In this document: positions 58,397-64,000 of the stretch, piece after piece
Layout: each line of letters begins with the position of its first letter
How positions within the stretch are numbered: the first letter of the stretch is position 1
Assembly (NCBI RefSeq): GCF_036321535.1
Contig: NC_087447.1
Span: 48,362,001-48,426,000, forward strand
DNA: 64,000 nt
DNA from: Camelus dromedarius
Taxonomy: Eukaryota
Direction of reading: 5' to 3'
The notes under the pieces: generated by a model
Databases searched by the model: none
What the model was told of the DNA's origin: nothing
The model's input: only the letters and a program-made list of their open reading frames with translations
Position numbers and translations under genes: made by a program

Positions 58397-61300
58397 CTGG
58401 AGAGGAAGAGGTCAGCGAGGTTAGCACTGTGCACGTAGCACTGCCTAGGGATGACTTTGACTCTTATCTTTTGGTCCTTCGGCTAATACTAGTATAGAGC
58501 TGACTGGTTTACAAAGCACCTTACATACCTGATTGTGTTTAACCCTCACCTGGACCCCACAGGTTGGTGTATCATTCCCATGTCACAGATGAGGAAACTA
58601 CAGTTCAGGTGAAATAAACTCAAGGTGTCCCACAGCTTGGAGTAGCAGACCTAGGATGTGAACCCTTGTTCAGATTCCTTCTATGCCTCTGGAGGAGGGG
58701 CAGTCTTTCCAGGACATCCCTTCTCTTGCTGCATGAGTCTAGACAGGTCATCTGTCCTCTGAAATGTGACTGTGTGTGACCCTGCCAGGGAGAAGATGCT
58801 GGTGAACAATACACTCTGTGTATGGCCCTTGGGAGTTCTCAGAGCACATAACCACTGCCCTGTACCAAATGTCTCCCTGTCTCGGGCTGATGGGGTATCA
58901 CTAATTCCCCCTTTAAGGTGTGTGCATTTGGGCTATGACATCATGGTCCTCTGGACTCCTCTAGGACTCACCCATTTGCTCATTCAACCCTTTTCTCTGT
59001 GCCAGGTTCCTGCCCTGATGGAGCTCAAAGGATACAGGAAAGCCACCCAAGGCAGGTGGCCGAGAGCAAGGCCCCAGGGAAGAGGCAAGGCTGAAAAGAC
59101 ATGGGAGTTGCTATTACAGGCAAACCTGGCTGACTTCATAGCGTGCAGCCTGCCCTGTGGATGGGTATTTTTTCCCTGTCCCCAAATCCCAGGAACTGGG
59201 ATCTTCACAAGCTAATGGGGCACTGAGAGCGCACTGTCCCACTCCCTGGGCACAGAATATCAGCTTGGTGGAGACCCTAGAGATTGAGATTACTTCCCTG
59301 CCCCTTGTAATTCTGTTAATGGGAAACTGAGGCCTAGTTAGAGGTGTTTCTGGGATCAGTAACATTCAGGAATCCTTTCTTTCATTTCTTTAACCTCCTT
59401 ACTGCCTACTGTGAGAGGGAGACAGATGAACAGAACTCAGTTCCTGACCTCCACAGCTCAGTTAAACTGGGACAGAGCTACTCAAAGAAACAGAATAGCA
59501 GCCAGGATATGAGAAGAGGAATGGAAGTCAGACAACCTTGAGGGTCCCAGCCTGTCAATCTGGAATTCTAAATGCCAAGGGTGTGCATACAACCCAACAA
59601 GCTCTCAGCACTGACAGCCCACAGGCACTCTGAGAACCAAGAGTAAAGCAGAGTGAGGGGCTGAGCATGCCCAGCAGGGATGAGAACATACAGCTCCCCA
59701 TCTTCCAGGCAGGCCTAGGCTAAAAGGGGAAAAAGGAAACTCACCCTGTGCTGGTGTCAGCAGTTCTTCCTTCCAAAATAGGGGAGGCACCTACACCCCA
59801 TAATGCCTCAGGCTGGGGAGGCTAGTCACCAGCCACTGCCTGTTGCCCTCCCTGTCCAGACTGGGTGCTCCTGCAGGGCATGGACTGAGTCTGATGCTTC
59901 TGACTCCCACTGGGACAGGTCCAAGATGGGAGCCTGCGTGCTGCTAGACAGTGAATGGGTAAACTAAACCATGGTGACCAGAGGCTTAAACTGGTTAGGG
60001 AGGAGACTGCCTCTTGCAGCAAATATCTCATTTACTCATCCATTCATTCCAGAACCAGTGATTGCTCCAGCTAGAGGAGAGATGGACACCGACTTACCCA
60101 GCAATCACAGAGATGAAGCCTAGAGCTTGGGAGCACAGAGAAAGCAATTCTTGACAGTCTGAAAGGATGAGGCAGCTTCACAAAGAGGTGGGATCTGAGC
60201 TGGATAGGGGTAGGGGTGAGGTCATGCCACTGGAGGGAACAGCATGAGCACAGGCCCACACCTGCTGGCTGGGCCGACATCTGTGAACCAGCCACAGCCA
60301 ACTTCCTAGCACCTACAGCTGGGCCCAGTGACCTAGTGGGCCTTATCTGTGTGGCCCAGGGACAGGGACCGGGATGGGGCTTGCTCTGTGTACTGGGCAG
60401 GGCAAGGGTGTGGAAGGACAGAGAACACACACTCAGCAATATTTGGTTTTGTTGACCTCCACAGAGTCTAAAAGATCATCTTGACTAATAGTAAAGTTTC
60501 TTTCTTCATCAGGGTTGCCACCCCAAAACACACAACTTTGGAGGGGTTGGGCAGAGGTGAAGCTGCCCAGAGCCGGGACACCCCGACATGTACTAACCAT
60601 GCCTCTGAAAATACTCCCAGTACTCCCATGCACCAGCAAATTGCAACCATCACCTGTGATTTGAGAAGCCTCAGCCTTCCTGGGGAGGAAGCAGGAGGAA
60701 GCCAAACGAAAGCAGGATCATCAGACTAAGGGGCTGTAGGGGCCTTGGAGTCTAGGCAGTGGGTGCCATATATGAGGTGAAGTCCCCAGAAGGGGATTTT
60801 CAAGAAGAGGGACTTGAAACATGAAGGTGGAATCTGAATGCAGAACGTGAGATAGGAGATTCCAGTGGAGACGTGGCTTGAGCAGAAGTGAAGAAGGAAT
60901 TTCTTTTGCTAGGAAAGCAGTGGGGATGGGCTGGCTGACTGCAGGTATGGAGAGCAGAAGACAAACCGAGAGAGAGGGGCTGAAGTTCCTGAATGTCTGG
61001 AGAGGAACTGACCATGGTCCTTTTGGACCTTGCCAGTGATTTGGGGGTATGGGGCTGACCTGGGGTGAAGAACTGGCTTTACTGTGGTCCGGGTGTTAAG
61101 CATGGCAACCAGGGCTCTGACTGCCCCCATTAAATCCACCAGCTCTCCCACTAATGTCTCTCACTTCCAAGTATGGGGACCTGCTCTTTTCGGGGCACCT
61201 AGACACCCAGGCAATGAACATGAATAGGTCTTTCAGCCTATTGTTTGAGAGAGATAGCTCAAAGAAGACCTCAGTGTCAAAGGCAGAAATGTCAGCTGGG

Positions 61301-63689
61301 ATGAAAACGAAGCATCATGGAAAGAGTAAGGAGCAGTGGTGTCAGGAAAATACAAGACTTTCTGGGGCTCTTCAAATCAAGAGGCCACCCCTGGCTGGGG
61401 AGTTCTCAAGTGGCTTTGGGCAAGTCATTTTCTCTCTGGGCCTTGGTTTCCTACCTTGAAAATGGATCAGGATGAGCAGATGATACAACAGAAGGTGCTC
61501 TGTAACCCAGGGACTAATCCTGGCTCGTGGCTCCCTCTTTGGCCAGTTCCCTGTGATACAGCATCTTCTCCAAAAGCTCTCTCAGGAGGCTCCAGCCCTC
61601 TTCTTTGGTCTGAAATGTGATCTGATCCATCCAGTCCCCAGATGGCACCCCCTGAACAGGCCACATGTTCCCGGGAGAGTGGTAGGTGCAGGTGCCTCCA
61701 TTTGTCCCTGCTTCAGGGTGTCCCCGGGACTTCCTCAGAGGGAGATGGTGGCGTGGAAGGAACATTGGTCTGTGGCCTGGCCCAACTGCCCCACTGGCTT
61801 GAGGCCAAGACACTTTCTGGGTCTCAGTATCATCATTACCAAGTGGAGCCGAGAACTTCTGTTTGCTTCCTTGCTCCAGGTCTACTGTGAAGTTGAATAC
61901 AATTCAGATGTGACCAAGGCTCTGGCCAGATACAACATCTTGTAAAGCACAAGGGCTAAGCTGGAGCTACAGCCGACACCAGCAGCAGAGAGCAAAATGA
62001 AGCCTTGCTGTGAGCCCTCACCCCAGCAGAGCAGAAGTGGGGCACAGCGCCCCACAAGGTATGCCCAGTGCTAGGTCAGGCCTGGCCGTGCTCCCCCCTC
62101 GCCACCCCCCCGCCAATGAACCCCTGGGCCTGGCATCAGGACTGAAGTTCTGTTTTTTTCCCCCTAGAGCAGTTCCCTTACATGACAAACAACTGATTCA
62201 GGAACTGGAAGCAAAACTTTCCAGAGAGCCGAAAACTGAAGGTAAACAGCCGCCTGGTTCTGGCTGGTGAGGATAGCCCTGCCAACAAATTGCTGCTTCA
62301 GAGATGAGTGAGGCTCAGTATAACCGCCTGCCTTGTTCAACTTTCACCTCCTTGGCTGGCTGCCTGGGGCAGCTCCCAGAGTCCTCTTGGAAATCTAGGA
62401 CTAGGATTTCCTTGTGCTAAAGAGAACAGCTAACTCAGCAGCCACAACTAGGAGCAGTGGGGAAGTGAGGACAAGACACACAGACCAGGGGCCCAGCCCT
62501 GAGAGGCAAATCCTAAATCTGACCACCTAGCCTGGCTGCAGCACGGCTGGGTTCCGTGCTCTGAGCTCAGCCTCCATTCCTGCATTAGGACTCTGGTCAT
62601 GTGGTTCTCACTACCTACTTGCTCCCTTGTTCCTCACTAACCCTGAGGCCTCCCTTTCCTTCCTCCAAGAAGCCTTTCCTGACAATCGGCAGATTCCATA
62701 GGGCCAGGGTCACCCCCTCGGCCCAGGCCTCAGTCATCTACATAATGAAGAGACCTGATGAGATCAAGACTCCTTAACTTTTTGAACCTACACCCTGCCA
62801 GTGAGAGGGCTCAAAAGTCCAGTTTCCTGAGAGGGAAGGGTTAAAGTGACACTCTTGGAACTCCTGGCTCCTCCCAGACTCAGGCAACTCGAGCCTAACA
62901 CCTGCTGAGCAGACCTGTGGACCGTTTCCCTTAAGGTGCCTGCCAAACTGCATTCTGGGCCAGGGTGGGCACCAGCCGATTTTGGCTGCTTCCCCTGACT
63001 CCTGTACACTCTTGGCCAGCGAGCTCATTTCCTCCCCAGAGCTCTGTGTGTCCTTAATCAGAAACACTCTGACCCTTGGGTCTCCTCCTGGGGCTCTGCA
63101 GAGGGCTTGGGACTCGGTGGCTAAGAGATGAGGTAGTAAGTCAGGGCTTCTTGCCCCAAGAGGGGCAGCTCAGCTTGGAACACAGGCTGAGATGAGGACA
63201 CCAGGCTCAAGAAGTTCCCTTGGACCCAATGATTTGATCTGGTGATTCTTTGGAGGGCTGGGTTCCTCTACCAGGACTGTGTGTCTCTTAGATGCCCCTG
63301 GGCTTGGGAAAGGGAAACCATGGGAGAGAGAAATTCTTTGGGCTCATGGGAGAAAAGCAGCAGCTTTAAGATCCATTGGCAGGCAGGCCATGAACTTCTG
63401 AGGCTAGGGCTCTATCACCCCGAGGTGGGGGTGGTGTGTCATCCTGAGCCTCTGACTACGGGTCTACACTGGGCACACCGTCAACTGCTACAGCCCCGAG
63501 CTGTGCTCCCCATCCTTCTGGGGCTGCCCTTGGGGGGGGGACGTAACTTCCTGGCTCCCTGCTCCTGGTGCTAAGCTTTTGATGATGTCCCTATTCCTTA
63601 GCATTTCTTTCGTATCAGTCCCCCCAAAATGTAATGGCATAAGAGGGGACATTGTCTCAATAATAATGATGATAAAAGTAACAATAGTT

Positions 63690-63925
63690 AATATTCATAT
63701 AGTGCTTACTATGTCATGTGCTAAAAACTGTTCTAAGCACTTAACATTTTACTCAGTTTACCCTATACAAGCTCTAGGAGGCAGGTACTACTATGCCATT
63801 TATCACATAAACTGAAGCACAGAAAAGTTAGGTAACTTGCCCCAGGTTACAGCTAGTAAGTGGCAAAGCTGAACTCTGACCTTAGGCTGTCTGGATTCAG
63901 AGGCCATGTGCCCAACCACTACAGA
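63690..63925 (-). mobile_element. MIR SINE (one of many; others near 2070, 5000, 12780, 16600, 17290, 27330, 27520, 30520, 42140)
   Basis: aaactgaagcacagaaaagttaggtaacttgccccaggttacagctagtaagtggc is the MIR core. Confidence 0.75.
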
Positions 63926-64000
63926 AGACTGCCTGGTAGGAGAGAAGAGGGACATACAGCCACAAACTAAGTCTGTGTTGCCTCCGCAGACCCTGTTCAA

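Noticed and set aside
1..64000. A novel multi-gene or prokaryote-style system (CRISPR, operon, defence island)
   Set aside because: This is spliced mammalian DNA; all convincing coding sequence belongs to five known syntenic genes, and there are no spacer-repeat arrays.
58400..64000. Further C2CD3 exons or a new gene
   Set aside because: No ORF with both convincing splice sites and recognisable sequence; treated as C2CD3 last intron with MIR/L2 relics.

Overview
Mammalian genomic DNA, probably a camelid (inferred from three tRNA-derived SINEs resembling the camelid family), syntenic with human 11q13.4. In order it carries the last two coding exons of PAAF1 (+), complete DNAJB13 (+, 8 exons, 316 aa), complete UCP2 (-, 8 exons, 309 aa, with its known 36-aa uORF), complete UCP3 (-, 7 exons, 311 aa, with TATA box and DR1 element), and the last exon of C2CD3 (-). 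All coding exons were read by hand; they have GT-AG boundaries and join in frame. The rest is intronic or intergenic DNA rich in L1, L2, MIR, ERV/MaLR LTRs, DNA transposon relics and SINEs. I see no wholly new gene system. The most interesting points are: three uORFs in the UCP3 leader; a possible UCP2/UCP3 gene-conversion tract; an altered UCP2 C-terminus; retroelement-supplied poly(A) signals inside UCP3 and DNAJB13; and several datable nested insertions. Comparisons with human sequences are from memory and need checking by alignment.
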